Part shown: positions 1-10,245 of the stretch, one piece after another | Numbering within the stretch: the stretch's first letter is position 1 | Layout: every line of letters starts with the position of its first letter | DNA from: an uncultured Flavobacteriales bacterium | Lineage (GTDB): Bacteria; Bacteroidota; Bacteroidia; Flavobacteriales; BACL11 | Direction of reading: 5' to 3' | NCBI GenBank assembly: GCA_913046315.1 | Contig: CAJWRW010000004.1 | Location: 1-57,742 of the forward strand | DNA: 57,742 bases | Made by a program: the position numbers and the translations under genes | Notes under the pieces: model-generated | The model's database searches: none | What the model was told of the DNA's origin: nothing | Seen by the model: the letters and a program-made list of their open reading frames with translations, nothing else

Positions 1-483
1 TATAATTACTGCAAATATTACAGAAATTGCTAACATCCATAAAGGCAAGTCAACTGGCATAATTAAAGGTATTAGCATTCCAGTAACTAAATAACCCTCA
101 TTAACAGAGTGTCCTCTATATACGGCAAAAGCAAATTCAACAGTTAAACCAACAGCATAAGAAACTATAAGTAATGGTAAAAATTTCCAAAAACCAAAAA
201 TTATATTATCTGTAAATGAAGGTTGTATACCTTTAGCTAAGTGATATTGGTCTCCAATATTCCAAATTCCAAAAAGCAGACAAGGTAATAAAGCAATTAT
301 TACAAATGCCATTGTTCTTTTGAGATCAATAGAATCTCTAATATGAGACCCCTTCTTAGTAGTATGATCTGGCACAAATAGAAAAGTTTCAAAAGCATCA
401 TAAGCAGGATATAACTTTTCTAGTTTCCCTCCTTTTTCAAAGTGAGGTTTAATAGTGTTTAATATATTCTTAAATAGTTTCAT
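1..483 (-). CDS. nqrB: Na+-translocating NADH:quinone reductase subunit B (5' part, runs off window)
   Basis: Manual translation from ATG at 483: MKLFKNILNTIKPHFEKGGKLEKLYPAYDAFETFLF...HIRDSIDLKRTM...VNEGYLVTGMLIPL; 1-bp overlap with the nqrA stop. Confidence 0.93.
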   Translation of the reverse strand, partial: MKLFKNILNTIKPHFEKGGKLEKLYPAYDAFETFLFVPDHTTKKGSHIRDSIDLKRTMAFVIIALLPCLLFGIWNIGDQYHLAKGIQPSFTDNIIFGFWKFLPLLIVSYAVGLTVEFAFAVYRGHSVNEGYLVTGMLIPLIMPVDLPLWMLAISVIFAVII

Positions 484-1835
484 CAACTGTTTTCTTTCCT
501 TACTAAATCTAATCCATAATTGACAATTGATTGAACTTCTGTTTTAGATGTACAAACAAATTCGCACAAAGCAAAATCTTCAGCAGACACCTCATATATA
601 CCCAAATTCTCCATAAGATCAATATCTTCCATCATAATAGCTTTAACTAATTGATGTGGATAAATATTCATAGGAAATACTTTCTCATATTGACCTGTAA
701 CAACATATGCTCTTTCTTCACCATGCATATTCGCATTTAAAGAATATTTTCTAGAAGGAAAAAGCCAAGAAGAAAATGCCCTGGAGGCGGAAAATTTCTT
801 CAAGCCAGGAAGAATCCAGCCAAAAAACTCTGAATTCTTACCCTCTTCAATAATAGTAATCATCGTATCATAAAAACCCATAGAATCATTACTCTCAATT
901 CTTGTTCCTGTTAAAACATCACCAGAAATAATCCTATTTTCTCCTTCTTTAACATTATTATCAAGTAAATTATTTACTCTAGAGCCTAAAACAACTCTAT
1001 AATATCTTGGTTTAATTACTTGTGGTCCAGCAACAGCAATAATTCTAGACACATCATATTTTCCTTCAACAAATAATCGAGCAATAGTAATAACATCCTG
1101 AGGCTCTAAGTACCAGATAACATCACCTTTATTAATAGGATCTATATGATGTATTTGCACACCAACATTTCCTGCAGGATGAGGTCCGGATATTTTATTT
1201 ATTTGCACATTCTTAGCTTGACTAAACACATTAGAAGAATTGGTATTTCCATCAATATTGAGGTGTGTTTTCCCTTCCGTTAGTTTTATAATAAAGTCTA
1301 ATCCTTTTTGAAATAACTCTTCCATGCCGTATAAAGCAAAGTCATTATCAATAGCTAGTGGAGCTGAGTTGAATGCAGAGATAAAAATGGCTTTTGGAGT
1401 AACTGTTGGGTTAGCTACAATATCATAAGGTTTCTGGCGTACAAAAGGCCAAACACCCGCCTTTAGCATAGCATCAATTATTTGTTCACGAGATAAATTA
1501 GCAGCATCTGCTTTAGCAAACTGCTCGTATTGCTGCTCAGCATCTGCTTTTACTACTACTTCAAGAATTCTTCTTTTAGCTCCTCTTTCAATAGCTACCA
1601 CTTCACCGCTTACTGGAGAGCAATATTTAACTTGCAGCATGTATTTATCAGAAAATAAAACAGAGCCTGCTTTTACCTTATCGCCAACCCTTACAAGCAT
1701 TTTTGGCGTCATACCATGAAAATCAGTGGGCTTAACAACATATTTTTCAGAGGGCTTTATAGTAGCATAAACTTTGTTAGCTTCCCCAACTAAATTGATG
1801 TTTAAACCTTTTTTTAATCTGATCTCTCTCGACAT
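483..1835 (-). CDS. nqrA: Na+-translocating NADH:quinone reductase subunit A
   Basis: IRLKKGLNI N-terminus, GPHPAGNVG, EDFALCEFVCTSK; start moved to ATG 1835. Confidence 0.96.
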   Translation of the reverse strand: MSREIRLKKGLNINLVGEANKVYATIKPSEKYVVKPTDFHGMTPKMLVRVGDKVKAGSVLFSDKYMLQVKYCSPVSGEVVAIERGAKRRILEVVVKADAEQQYEQFAKADAANLSREQIIDAMLKAGVWPFVRQKPYDIVANPTVTPKAIFISAFNSAPLAIDNDFALYGMEELFQKGLDFIIKLTEGKTHLNIDGNTNSSNVFSQAKNVQINKISGPHPAGNVGVQIHHIDPINKGDVIWYLEPQDVITIARLFVEGKYDVSRIIAVAGPQVIKPRYYRVVLGSRVNNLLDNNVKEGENRIISGDVLTGTRIESNDSMGFYDTMITIIEEGKNSEFFGWILPGLKKFSASRAFSSWLFPSRKYSLNANMHGEERAYVVTGQYEKVFPMNIYPHQLVKAIMMEDIDLMENLGIYEVSAEDFALCEFVCTSKTEVQSIVNYGLDLVRKENS

Positions 1836-1861
1836 TAAAAATAAATTAGATTTTTCGGCTG

Positions 1862-1869
1862 CAAACTTA
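1862..1869 (-). promoter_or_regulatory. Bacteroidota sigma-A -7 element for the nqr operon
   Basis: TAAGTTTG on the minus strand, 26 nt upstream of the nqrA ATG; matches TAnnTTTG. Confidence 0.6.
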
Positions 1870-1912
1870 TAAATTTGTGCCAATTATTTATAACTTTATA
1901 ATAAAAATTGTA

Positions 1913-3253
1913 ATGCTATTTTTAAACTTTTTATTTTTCATTTTTTTTAACTCAATCTTACTTACCTCCTGCTTTAGTCAAAAAAAAATTTTAGATAATG
2001 AATTCATTCAGAATGAGACAACATTTGTGCAGCCAAAACTAGAAGAAAAAGAAGTGATAGTTTTGCAAAATAAAGTAAGTGATGTAAATATAAAAACAGT
2101 GCTTTGTCATCAATTGCATGATGCGCTTTCTCTACCTATTATCAATTTAAACTCTGATGAAAAACTATTAATTAGTTTTGATGATCTGAATGCTGATGTT
2201 AAAGATTATTATTATACCATCATTCATTGTAATTCTGATTGGACTGCAAGTGATTTGATGCAGCCTGAATACATTAATGGATTCACTGAAGAACGAATTA
2301 TTGATTATTCTTTTTCTTTTAATACCATTCAAAAATATACTCACTATCAGTTTAAGTTCCCCACTATTAATATACGACCATTATTATCAGGGAATTATGT
2401 GTTTAAGATCTATAATAAAAAAGAAGAAGTAATTATACAAAAGCGTTTTATGGTAATTGATACTCAACTTAGCATTGAAGCAAATGTAAAAAGGGCAACC
2501 ATAATTGAAGATAGGAACACAAAACACGAGATTGACTTTACAATAAAACACGCTAATCTAGTTGTAGCTAATCCCTTCTCAGATATCAAAGTGCATCTTA
2601 AACAAAATAATAAAGATGATAATACCATTACTGATTTGTCTCCTTTATTTGTGAAAAATGATGAATTGGTTTACGAATATGATAAAGGAAATACTTTTTG
2701 GGGAAATAATGAGTTTCGGCATTTTGACATTAAAAGTTTGCGTTATCAGTCTGAACGAATAAAAGATATTGCATTTGATAGCACCAATTATCATGTTTAC
2801 TTATTTAATGATTACAAGCGCCCATTTGACCGTTACTCCATTGAGCCAGATATTAACGGAAAATTCCTCATTAAGTCACAAGAGGGATGGAAATCTTCAA
2901 TTGAGGCCGATTATGCTTTTGTACATTTCACTCTTCCTGTTGAATACATTAGTTATGGGAATTTATATGTGCTTGGCGCATTAACTGATTGGCAACTGAA
3001 AGAGGAGTTTAAGCTAAAATATAATACAGTTAAAAAACAATACGAAAAAGCGGTATTGTTAAAGCAAGGGTATTATAATTATCATTATGCTTTAAATGAT
3101 ACTGCTACTAAAAGAGTTGATGTTTCTTTTATTGAGGGCACACATTATCAAACAAAAAACGATTACTATATTTATGTTTATTATCGAGCTGTTGGTGATA
3201 GATACGATCGCTTAGTTGGTTTTTTAAAAACCTCTTCTAAGGAGTTGTTTTAA
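1913..3253 (+). CDS. DUF5103 / type IX secretion system plug-domain protein
   Basis: LSFDDL...YYYTIIHCNSDW...SFNT...YTHY...SGNY, GNNEFRHFD, LLKQGYYNY, EG.HYQT.N.Y; signal peptide with possible lipobox LTSC; divergent from nqrA. Confidence 0.8.
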   Translation: MLFLNFLFFIFFNSILLTSCFSQKKILDNEFIQNETTFVQPKLEEKEVIVLQNKVSDVNIKTVLCHQLHDALSLPIINLNSDEKLLISFDDLNADVKDYYYTIIHCNSDWTASDLMQPEYINGFTEERIIDYSFSFNTIQKYTHYQFKFPTINIRPLLSGNYVFKIYNKKEEVIIQKRFMVIDTQLSIEANVKRATIIEDRNTKHEIDFTIKHANLVVANPFSDIKVHLKQNNKDDNTITDLSPLFVKNDELVYEYDKGNTFWGNNEFRHFDIKSLRYQSERIKDIAFDSTNYHVYLFNDYKRPFDRYSIEPDINGKFLIKSQEGWKSSIEADYAFVHFTLPVEYISYGNLYVLGALTDWQLKEEFKLKYNTVKKQYEKAVLLKQGYYNYHYALNDTATKRVDVSFIEGTHYQTKNDYYIYVYYRAVGDRYDRLVGFLKTSSKELF

Positions 3254-3353
3254 CTTCAAAGGACGCAAACAAAATAATGATTCACCTCAAAAAATGCCTT
3301 TATAAATTGAATTAAGCAAGCTAAAATTATTTTTTTGTTTAATTTTAAGGATC

Positions 3354-4796
3354 TTAGACCGTTTTTTTTCGTTTAGGAATACTAAGCAAACACAATCCTA
3401 GAAAAGTGATTGCCCCATTAATGATTAACAGCTCAAAACCAATAGCTGGTATTTGTTTTTTTATAATATAGCAAATAATAGGAGATGATACGGCTACTAA
3501 AGGTACAAGCCTGTCCTTTACTTTCCATTGGGTGAAAAGCCCAAAACTATACAGTCCTAAAAGCGGCCCATAGGTGTATCCTGCTACAGTAAACAAAGAT
3601 TTTATTACGCTCTGATCATTTATCGCATTAAAAAGTAAAATAACCCCTAATAATACTACCGATAGAAATAAATGCGCATACTTACGGGTTTTAATTTGTT
3701 GGTTAGGCTCTTGGTGTTGAAATTCCAAAATATCTACACAAAAAGAAGTAGTTAAAGAAGTAAGAGCAGAATCAGCAGAAGAATAAGCAGCAGCAATAAT
3801 GCCTATAATAAACAAAATACCAACATATAGAGGTAAGCCAGAGTTTAATGCAATGTTTGGAAACAGCATGTCTGCATTTGCAGGTATTACAATACCAAAC
3901 TGATTTGAATATATATAAAGCAGTGCTCCTAAAGATAAAAATAACAAATCAACTATGATGAGAATACTACTGAAAACAAGCATATTTTTTTGTGCATCTT
4001 TCAGGTTTCTACAACTCAAGTTTTTTTGCATCTGATCTTGGTCCAAACCTGTCATTACTATAGCCATAAACATACCGGAAAAGAATTGCTTGAAGAAGTA
4101 TTTACTATCTGTCCAGTCTTCAAAAAAGAAAGCTTTGGAATAGTCTGAATTTGCAATCGTTTGTGTTAAAGCAACAAAATTCAAATCCATACGACTAGCC
4201 AATGTATAAGCAATGATTATAACAGTTGCCAGCATGAATGTTGTTTGTAGAGTATCTGTCCAAATGATCGTTTTGATGCCGCTTCTGTAAGTATACAGCC
4301 AAATAAGCGCAATAGTAATAATAACCGTTACCGCAAAAGGAATGTCCCAAGCATCAAATACCGCAAACTGCAATACGGTAGCTATTAAATACAAACGAAA
4401 AGAAGCTCCAATAGTTCTAGAAAGTAAAAAGAAGGAAGAACCTGTTTTATATGCACTATTACCAAGTCGATCTTTCAGATAAGTGTATATGCTAGTGAGT
4501 TCTAAACGATAATAAAGTGGTAATAAAATTCTTGCAATAACAAAATACCCTACAAAAAAACCAAACACCATCTGCAAATAGCTGAATTGACTACTGGCTA
4601 CCCATCCTGGTACAGATATAAAGGTGATACCCGAAAGGGTTGTCCCTATCATACCATAAGCAACAATATACCAAGGAGAATTCCGATTTCCTAAAAAGAA
4701 AGTCTCATTACTATCATTCTTGCCTGTCAGGTAAGAGATTAAAAAAAGTAAACAAAAATAAAGAACAATACAGGTGATTATAATAATGGATGACAT
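3354..4796 (-). CDS. Sodium:solute symporter (SSS family)
   Basis: FFLGNRNSPW, SGITFISVPG, IWTDTLQT, GLDQDQMQK, multiple TM helices; start moved to ATG 4796. Confidence 0.92.
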   Translation of the reverse strand: MSSIIIITCIVLYFCLLFLISYLTGKNDSNETFFLGNRNSPWYIVAYGMIGTTLSGITFISVPGWVASSQFSYLQMVFGFFVGYFVIARILLPLYYRLELTSIYTYLKDRLGNSAYKTGSSFFLLSRTIGASFRLYLIATVLQFAVFDAWDIPFAVTVIITIALIWLYTYRSGIKTIIWTDTLQTTFMLATVIIIAYTLASRMDLNFVALTQTIANSDYSKAFFFEDWTDSKYFFKQFFSGMFMAIVMTGLDQDQMQKNLSCRNLKDAQKNMLVFSSILIIVDLLFLSLGALLYIYSNQFGIVIPANADMLFPNIALNSGLPLYVGILFIIGIIAAAYSSADSALTSLTTSFCVDILEFQHQEPNQQIKTRKYAHLFLSVVLLGVILLFNAINDQSVIKSLFTVAGYTYGPLLGLYSFGLFTQWKVKDRLVPLVAVSSPIICYIIKKQIPAIGFELLIINGAITFLGLCLLSIPKRKKTV

Positions 4797-4843
4797 AGTG
4801 AATTGATTTTTTACAAATCTATCAGAATATTTAAGAATAGACC

Positions 4844-4851
4844 TATATTTG
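4844..4851 (+). promoter_or_regulatory. -7 promoter element 5 nt before the recR ATG
   Basis: TATATTTG-CAATT-ATG. Confidence 0.6.
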
Positions 4852-4856
4852 CAATT

Positions 4857-5474
4857 ATGAATTTTCCATCCAGACTTGTTGAAAAAGCGGTTAATCAATT
4901 AGCCTCACTTCCAGGAATTGGAAAAAAAACTGCTTTACGGCTTGTACTCCATTTACTAAAAAAAGAAAAGGTGCAAGTAGAACAATTTGGAGCATCATTT
5001 ATCAATCTTATACAGAATATTAATTATTGTAAAGATTGTTTTTCTATTTCTGATTTGGCACTTTGTGAAGTTTGTTCTGATGAGAAAAGAGACAAAAGTT
5101 TAGTATGTGTTGTACAAGACATCCGAGTAATGATGGCAATTGAAAACACTATGCAATTCAAAGGAGTTTATCATGTTTTGGGAGGTCTCATCTCCCCTAT
5201 TGATGGCATTGGACCTTCTGAGCTTAGAATTGAAGAATTGGTAGAAAAAGTAAAATCAGGAAAAATAAAAGAAGTAATTTTTGCGTTAAGTACTACCATG
5301 CAAGGTGACACCACTAACTACTATCTGTTTAAAAGGCTTAAGGAGTTTAATATTGCTGTTTCTGTTATTGCAAGAGGTATTGCAATTGGAGATGAATTGG
5401 AATACACAGATGAAATCACGCTTGCATCAGCTATTTCAAGCCGATTGCCTTATGAAAATTCCTTTGTGAATTAA
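4857..5474 (+). CDS. recR: Recombination mediator RecR
   Basis: LPGIGKKTALR HhH, C4 zinc finger CKDC...CEVC, YHVLGGLISP, Toprim domain; start ATG 4857. Confidence 0.97.
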   Translation: MNFPSRLVEKAVNQLASLPGIGKKTALRLVLHLLKKEKVQVEQFGASFINLIQNINYCKDCFSISDLALCEVCSDEKRDKSLVCVVQDIRVMMAIENTMQFKGVYHVLGGLISPIDGIGPSELRIEELVEKVKSGKIKEVIFALSTTMQGDTTNYYLFKRLKEFNIAVSVIARGIAIGDELEYTDEITLASAISSRLPYENSFVN

Positions 5475-7396
5475 TGCAAATATCCATTGTAATAGTTTCT
5501 TATAATGTCAAGTATTTCTTGGAACAATGCTTACGATCTGTTGAAAAAGCCACAAAAAATTTAGAAGCAGAAATTATAGTAGTAGATAATAACTCTGTGG
5601 ATGAATCTCCAGAAATGGTTAAAAATAAATTTCCAAATGTTTCTTTGATACACAACAATGAAAATGTTGGATTTTCAAGAGCAAATAACCAGGCTATTGC
5701 AAAGGCAAAAGGAGAATTTGTGCTGCTACTAAACCCAGATACTTTAGTTGAAGAAGATGCTTTAGAAAAAACGATTGCATTTATGCAATCTACAGCAGAT
5801 GCTGGAGCAGTTGGGGTACATATGGTTGATGGGAAAGGTATGTTTTTAGATGAAAGTAAAAGAGGTGTTCCAGGATTTAGCACTTCTCTTTTTAAGTTCT
5901 TAGGACTACATAAATTACTTCCGAAATCATCCACTTTTAACCATTATTATTTGGGGAGCTGTGATAAAGACAAACTGCATGAAGTAGAGGTCTTAGTAGG
6001 TGCATTTATGCTAATTAGAAAATCTATTTTCGAGAAGATCGGACTTTTAGATGAGCGCTTTTTTATGTATTGGGAAGACACTGATTTTTGCATACGTATA
6101 AGAGACAATGGTTTTAAGAACTATTATCTGGGTGATGTTAAAATCATTCATTATAAGGGGGAAAGTAACAAAAGGCATACTTTGAGTTTTACCATTGGAT
6201 TCAACAAGTCCATGATTGCATTTGTAAAAAAACATTTTAACAAACATTTGCTTTTTTTACCCTTAATAAGGATTGCTACTCTATTAAAATCCTTAACTGT
6301 TATTATTAGAGATTTTTTCAAAACCTTTACAAAACCAATTGTGGATTTTGCAATGATGTATCTTGGAATTCTGACTTTTACTAATTTTTGGGGTGCTAAT
6401 TTTGCTGCTTATCCCTTTAGATCAAATTTTACACAAATTTTTATACCGTCATATTTACTTATTTGGATCACTTCATTGTTTTTCTCTGGAGCTTACGACA
6501 AGCCTTTTCGGATTAACCGTGTTGCAAGAGGCGTAATTTTTGGCTTGCTCCTTATTGCAACTTTTTCTAACTTTTTTAATGAGATTCGTTTTTCAAGAAT
6601 GATCATTTTATTAGGTAGTCTTATTGTTTTTTCTACTTTTATTTTTCTCCGATTTATTTATCGATTTACTGGATATAAAGATTTTGACATTGCAGAAAAA
6701 AGATCTTCTAACCTATTGCTTTTTTCTGAGAATAATGAACACAAAAGAGCAACAGATATCATTTCAAACTCAAAACACAATACTCAACTGATTGGTTATT
6801 TAAACAAAAATGGAGAAGATGGCGCATTAGGATCAATTAGAGATGTTAAAACTATCATCAAAAAACATAGGGTTGATGAAATAGTGTTTGCAAGTGCAGA
6901 TATTAGTTTTAAAGAAATTATCTCTTGGCTCATATCACTCTCCGACACTTCATTAAAATTCAAAATTCTGCCAGAAAACAGCCATTTCCTTATCGGAAGT
7001 AATTCTAGAGAGAAATTAGGTGATTACTATTGTCCTGATTCTAATTGGGAGTTGAGTAAAAATGCAAATAAAAGAAATAAAAGAGTGATTGATATTTGTG
7101 TTGCAATTGGTTTTTTAATCTGTTCTCCAATCTTGATGTGGCTTTGCAAATCCCCATCAAGATTTATAAAAAATATGTTTGGAATACTAAAGGGTAATTT
7201 AACTTTTATTGGATTTAATAAAAAGTATGAATCGCATTTTCCAAATATCAGAAAAGGTGTCCTTTCTCCTATTACTTCAATCAAGCAGCAATTGACTGAT
7301 AATGAAATCCGTAAATTCAATATGTTGTATGCGAAAAATTACAAAGCGAAAAATGACTTGTACATCATTTTTAAAAGCATAAATCAACTTGGATAA
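5474..7396 (+). CDS. GT2 glycosyltransferase with membrane segment, Rossmann-like domain and degenerate sugar-transferase C-terminus
   Basis: SIVIVSYN, VVDNNS, GFSRANN, LLNPD, DERFFMYWED; hydrophobic middle; C-terminal KRVIDI...KGNLTFIG...Y..NY...NDL. Confidence 0.85.
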   Translation: MQISIVIVSYNVKYFLEQCLRSVEKATKNLEAEIIVVDNNSVDESPEMVKNKFPNVSLIHNNENVGFSRANNQAIAKAKGEFVLLLNPDTLVEEDALEKTIAFMQSTADAGAVGVHMVDGKGMFLDESKRGVPGFSTSLFKFLGLHKLLPKSSTFNHYYLGSCDKDKLHEVEVLVGAFMLIRKSIFEKIGLLDERFFMYWEDTDFCIRIRDNGFKNYYLGDVKIIHYKGESNKRHTLSFTIGFNKSMIAFVKKHFNKHLLFLPLIRIATLLKSLTVIIRDFFKTFTKPIVDFAMMYLGILTFTNFWGANFAAYPFRSNFTQIFIPSYLLIWITSLFFSGAYDKPFRINRVARGVIFGLLLIATFSNFFNEIRFSRMIILLGSLIVFSTFIFLRFIYRFTGYKDFDIAEKRSSNLLLFSENNEHKRATDIISNSKHNTQLIGYLNKNGEDGALGSIRDVKTIIKKHRVDEIVFASADISFKEIISWLISLSDTSLKFKILPENSHFLIGSNSREKLGDYYCPDSNWELSKNANKRNKRVIDICVAIGFLICSPILMWLCKSPSRFIKNMFGILKGNLTFIGFNKKYESHFPNIRKGVLSPITSIKQQLTDNEIRKFNMLYAKNYKAKNDLYIIFKSINQLG

Positions 7397-7456
7397 ATCT
7401 GTTTCTGTACAATTCTTTTTTCGTATTTTTGCAGCCAATAAAACTAAAACAATAAA

Positions 7457-8782
7457 ATGGCAAGAGTAGAACTAATACTTCCTAAAATGGGAGAAAGTGT
7501 AACTGAAGCAACTCTTATTTCATGGGGTAAGAATGTGGGAGACACGGTAGAGATGGATGAGACTATTGTGGAAATTGCTACTGATAAGGTTGATTCTGAA
7601 GTACCTTCAACACATGATGGGAAATTGGTAGAGCAGCTTTTCTCTGCAGATGATGTAATTCAAGTAGGCCAAGCTTTTGCTATTTTAGAAACTGAAGGAG
7701 ATAAAGAAGTTTCAACTGCTAAAACTGAAACAACTAATACTGAACTAGAAGTTGTAAAAGAAGTAGAAGAAATAGTAGAGAAAGCTGTTGAAAGCACAAA
7801 ACATCAGATAACAAATAGTGAAGATAGGTTTTACTCTCCTTTAGTAAGAAATATGGCTACTGAAGAGGGAATTGATATGAAGGAGTTATCAAAAATCCCT
7901 GGTAGCGGAAAAGACGGAAGAGTAACCAAAACAGATATGTTATCTTACATTAAAAGTAGAGGTTCAACTTCTTCTGCTGAATCAGAAAAACCAACTCAAA
8001 CAGCTAAACCAGCTCCTGCTCCAAAAGCTGCAGAAAGCCCGAAACACAGTCCTACTCCTATTGCAGATACTGGTGATGTGGAGATTGTAGAAATGGATAG
8101 AATGAGAAAACTCATTTCAACTCATATGACAATGTCCAAAGCAACTTCTGCACATATCACCTCTTTTGTGGAGGCTGATATGACCAAGATTGTAAATTGG
8201 AGAAACTCGGTAAAAGCTGATTTCAAAAAAAGGGAAGGTCAAAACATCACATTCACACCTATCATCATAGAGGCAATGGCAAAGGCAGTAAAGGATTTTC
8301 CAATGATAAATGTTTCTGTTGATGGGACTAATATTCATATTCATAAAAATGTAAATATTGGTATGGCTGCAGCCTTACCAGATGGAAATCTTATTGTTCC
8401 CGTTATTAAAGAATGTCAGAATAAGAATCTTGTTGGGATTACAAAATCTGTAAATGATTTAGCAACAAGAGCTCGATCATCTGAATTAAATCCAGACGAT
8501 ATACAAGGAGGCACAATTACCATGACCAATGTGGGTACGTTTGGGAATTTAATGGGCACACCGATTATTAACCAGCCTCAAGTAGCGATAATGGCTTGTG
8601 GAGTTATCAAAAAGAAGCCTGTAGTATTAGAAACAGAACATGGTGATGTAATTGCTATCAGACATATGATGTTCTTGTCTTTATCCTATGATCACAGAGT
8701 TGTAGATGGTGCTTTAGGAGGGCAATTTGTAAGAAGAGTTGCTGATTATCTAGAACAATTCGACACAAACACAATTGTATAA
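7457..8782 (+). CDS. 2-oxoacid dehydrogenase E2 (dihydrolipoamide acyltransferase), probably branched-chain type
   Basis: Lipoyl domain TDKVDSE, E3-binding SPLVR...GSGKDGRVTK, catalytic YDHRVVDG. Confidence 0.92.
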   Translation: MARVELILPKMGESVTEATLISWGKNVGDTVEMDETIVEIATDKVDSEVPSTHDGKLVEQLFSADDVIQVGQAFAILETEGDKEVSTAKTETTNTELEVVKEVEEIVEKAVESTKHQITNSEDRFYSPLVRNMATEEGIDMKELSKIPGSGKDGRVTKTDMLSYIKSRGSTSSAESEKPTQTAKPAPAPKAAESPKHSPTPIADTGDVEIVEMDRMRKLISTHMTMSKATSAHITSFVEADMTKIVNWRNSVKADFKKREGQNITFTPIIIEAMAKAVKDFPMINVSVDGTNIHIHKNVNIGMAAALPDGNLIVPVIKECQNKNLVGITKSVNDLATRARSSELNPDDIQGGTITMTNVGTFGNLMGTPIINQPQVAIMACGVIKKKPVVLETEHGDVIAIRHMMFLSLSYDHRVVDGALGGQFVRRVADYLEQFDTNTIV

Positions 8783-8800
8783 TTTTTTATAAACAATATA

Positions 8801-8830
8801 AAAGCCTCAAGGAAGCTTGGGGCTTTTTTT
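8801..8830 (+). terminator. Intrinsic terminator after the E2 gene
   Basis: AAAGCCTCAAG-GAAG-CTTGGGGCTTT followed by a T run. Confidence 0.8.
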
Positions 8831-8843
8831 ATATTTTTACAAG

Positions 8844-9629
8844 ATGACTCTAAAACTAGAAAAGCCTATCGTATTTTTTGATTTGGAAACCACAGGCGTG
8901 CAAGTTGCAAAAGATAGGATTGTAGAGATTTCAATCTTAAAAGTTTTTCCAAACGGCAATAAAGAAAGTAAAACTTGGCTAGTAAATCCTACAATTCCAA
9001 TTCCAGAAGAAACAACTGCTATTCATGGTATTTCTGATGAGAAAGTAGCAAATGAACCAACATTTGCTGAATTAGGTCCTGAAATTGCTAAGCTCATTCA
9101 CAATTGTGATTTGGGTGGCTATAATTCAAACAAATTTGATATTCCTCTTTTAGCAGAAGAATTTTTAAGAGTAGGTGTTGATTTTGATATGGCAAATAGA
9201 AAAGCGATTGATGTTCAAAATATTTTTCATAAGATGGAGCAAAGAACATTAGTTGCTGCATATAAATTTTACTGTAATAAAGACTTAACTGATGCGCATT
9301 CGGCAGAAGCTGATACAACTGCAACTTTTGAGGTGCTTTTAGCTCAATTGGAAAAATATGATGAAATTGAGAATAATGTTGAATTTTTGGCTGACTTCTC
9401 TCAAAGGGGAGGAAAGTTTGCAGATATGGCTGGCTTTATTCGCTATAATGAAGAAGGGAAAGAAATCCTTAGTTTCGGAAAATATAAAGGCGTAAAACTA
9501 GAAGAAATTTGGAATGAGAATCCAGGCTATTTCTCTTGGGTTAACCAGGCTGATTTTCCGCTTTACACCAAAAATGTAATGCGCAATTTTGCCGATAAAA
9601 TGAAGCTTCAAAATAAGTTTAACTCATAA
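8844..9629 (+). CDS. DEDDh 3'-5' exonuclease (DnaQ-like)
   Basis: FFDLETTG, YNSNKFD, HSAEAD; C-terminal FGKYKG motif; start ATG 8844. Confidence 0.9.
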   Translation: MTLKLEKPIVFFDLETTGVQVAKDRIVEISILKVFPNGNKESKTWLVNPTIPIPEETTAIHGISDEKVANEPTFAELGPEIAKLIHNCDLGGYNSNKFDIPLLAEEFLRVGVDFDMANRKAIDVQNIFHKMEQRTLVAAYKFYCNKDLTDAHSAEADTTATFEVLLAQLEKYDEIENNVEFLADFSQRGGKFADMAGFIRYNEEGKEILSFGKYKGVKLEEIWNENPGYFSWVNQADFPLYTKNVMRNFADKMKLQNKFNS

Positions 9630-9632
9630 AGT

Positions 9633-10244
9633 ATGAAGATAATTTGTATTGGAAGAAATTATGCAAATCACGCGAAGGAACTAGGTAATACAATCCCTAG
9701 TGAGCCCTTGTTTTTCTTAAAACCAGAAACTGCTATTCAACCAAAAGGACATCCCTTTTTTATTCCAGACTTTTCTAATGAAATCCATTATGAGTTAGAA
9801 TTGGTGGTAAGAATTGATAGGATTGGTAAAAATATTGACGAAAAATTCGCACACAAATACTATTCGCAAATAGGATTAGGTATTGATTTTACCGCTCGTG
9901 ATATCCAAAAAAAATGTAAAGAAAAAGGATTGCCATGGGAAAAGGCAAAAGGCTTTGATGGATCGGCTCAAATCAGCAGAAGATTTATTGATAAATCGGA
10001 ATTGGATTTAAACAACATTACTTTTTCATTAGAGAGGAATGGAGAGCAAGTACAAAACGGAAACAGTAAAGATATGCTCTTTTCTATAGATAAACTTATC
10101 GCTTATCTTTCCCAGTTTTACACCTTAAAAATTGGCGATTTAATTTATACTGGAACTCCTGAAGGAGTTGGGAAAGTAGAGCAAGATGATATTTTGAAAG
10201 GATTTATTGGAAAAAGAGAGATGTTTATTGTTCCTATTAAATAA
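9633..10244 (+). CDS. Fumarylacetoacetate hydrolase family protein
   Basis: ICIGRNYANH, HYELEL, DFTARD, KAKGFD, GDLIYTGTPEGVG. Confidence 0.93.
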   Translation: MKIICIGRNYANHAKELGNTIPSEPLFFLKPETAIQPKGHPFFIPDFSNEIHYELELVVRIDRIGKNIDEKFAHKYYSQIGLGIDFTARDIQKKCKEKGLPWEKAKGFDGSAQISRRFIDKSELDLNNITFSLERNGEQVQNGNSKDMLFSIDKLIAYLSQFYTLKIGDLIYTGTPEGVGKVEQDDILKGFIGKREMFIVPIK

Positions 10245-10245
10245 T

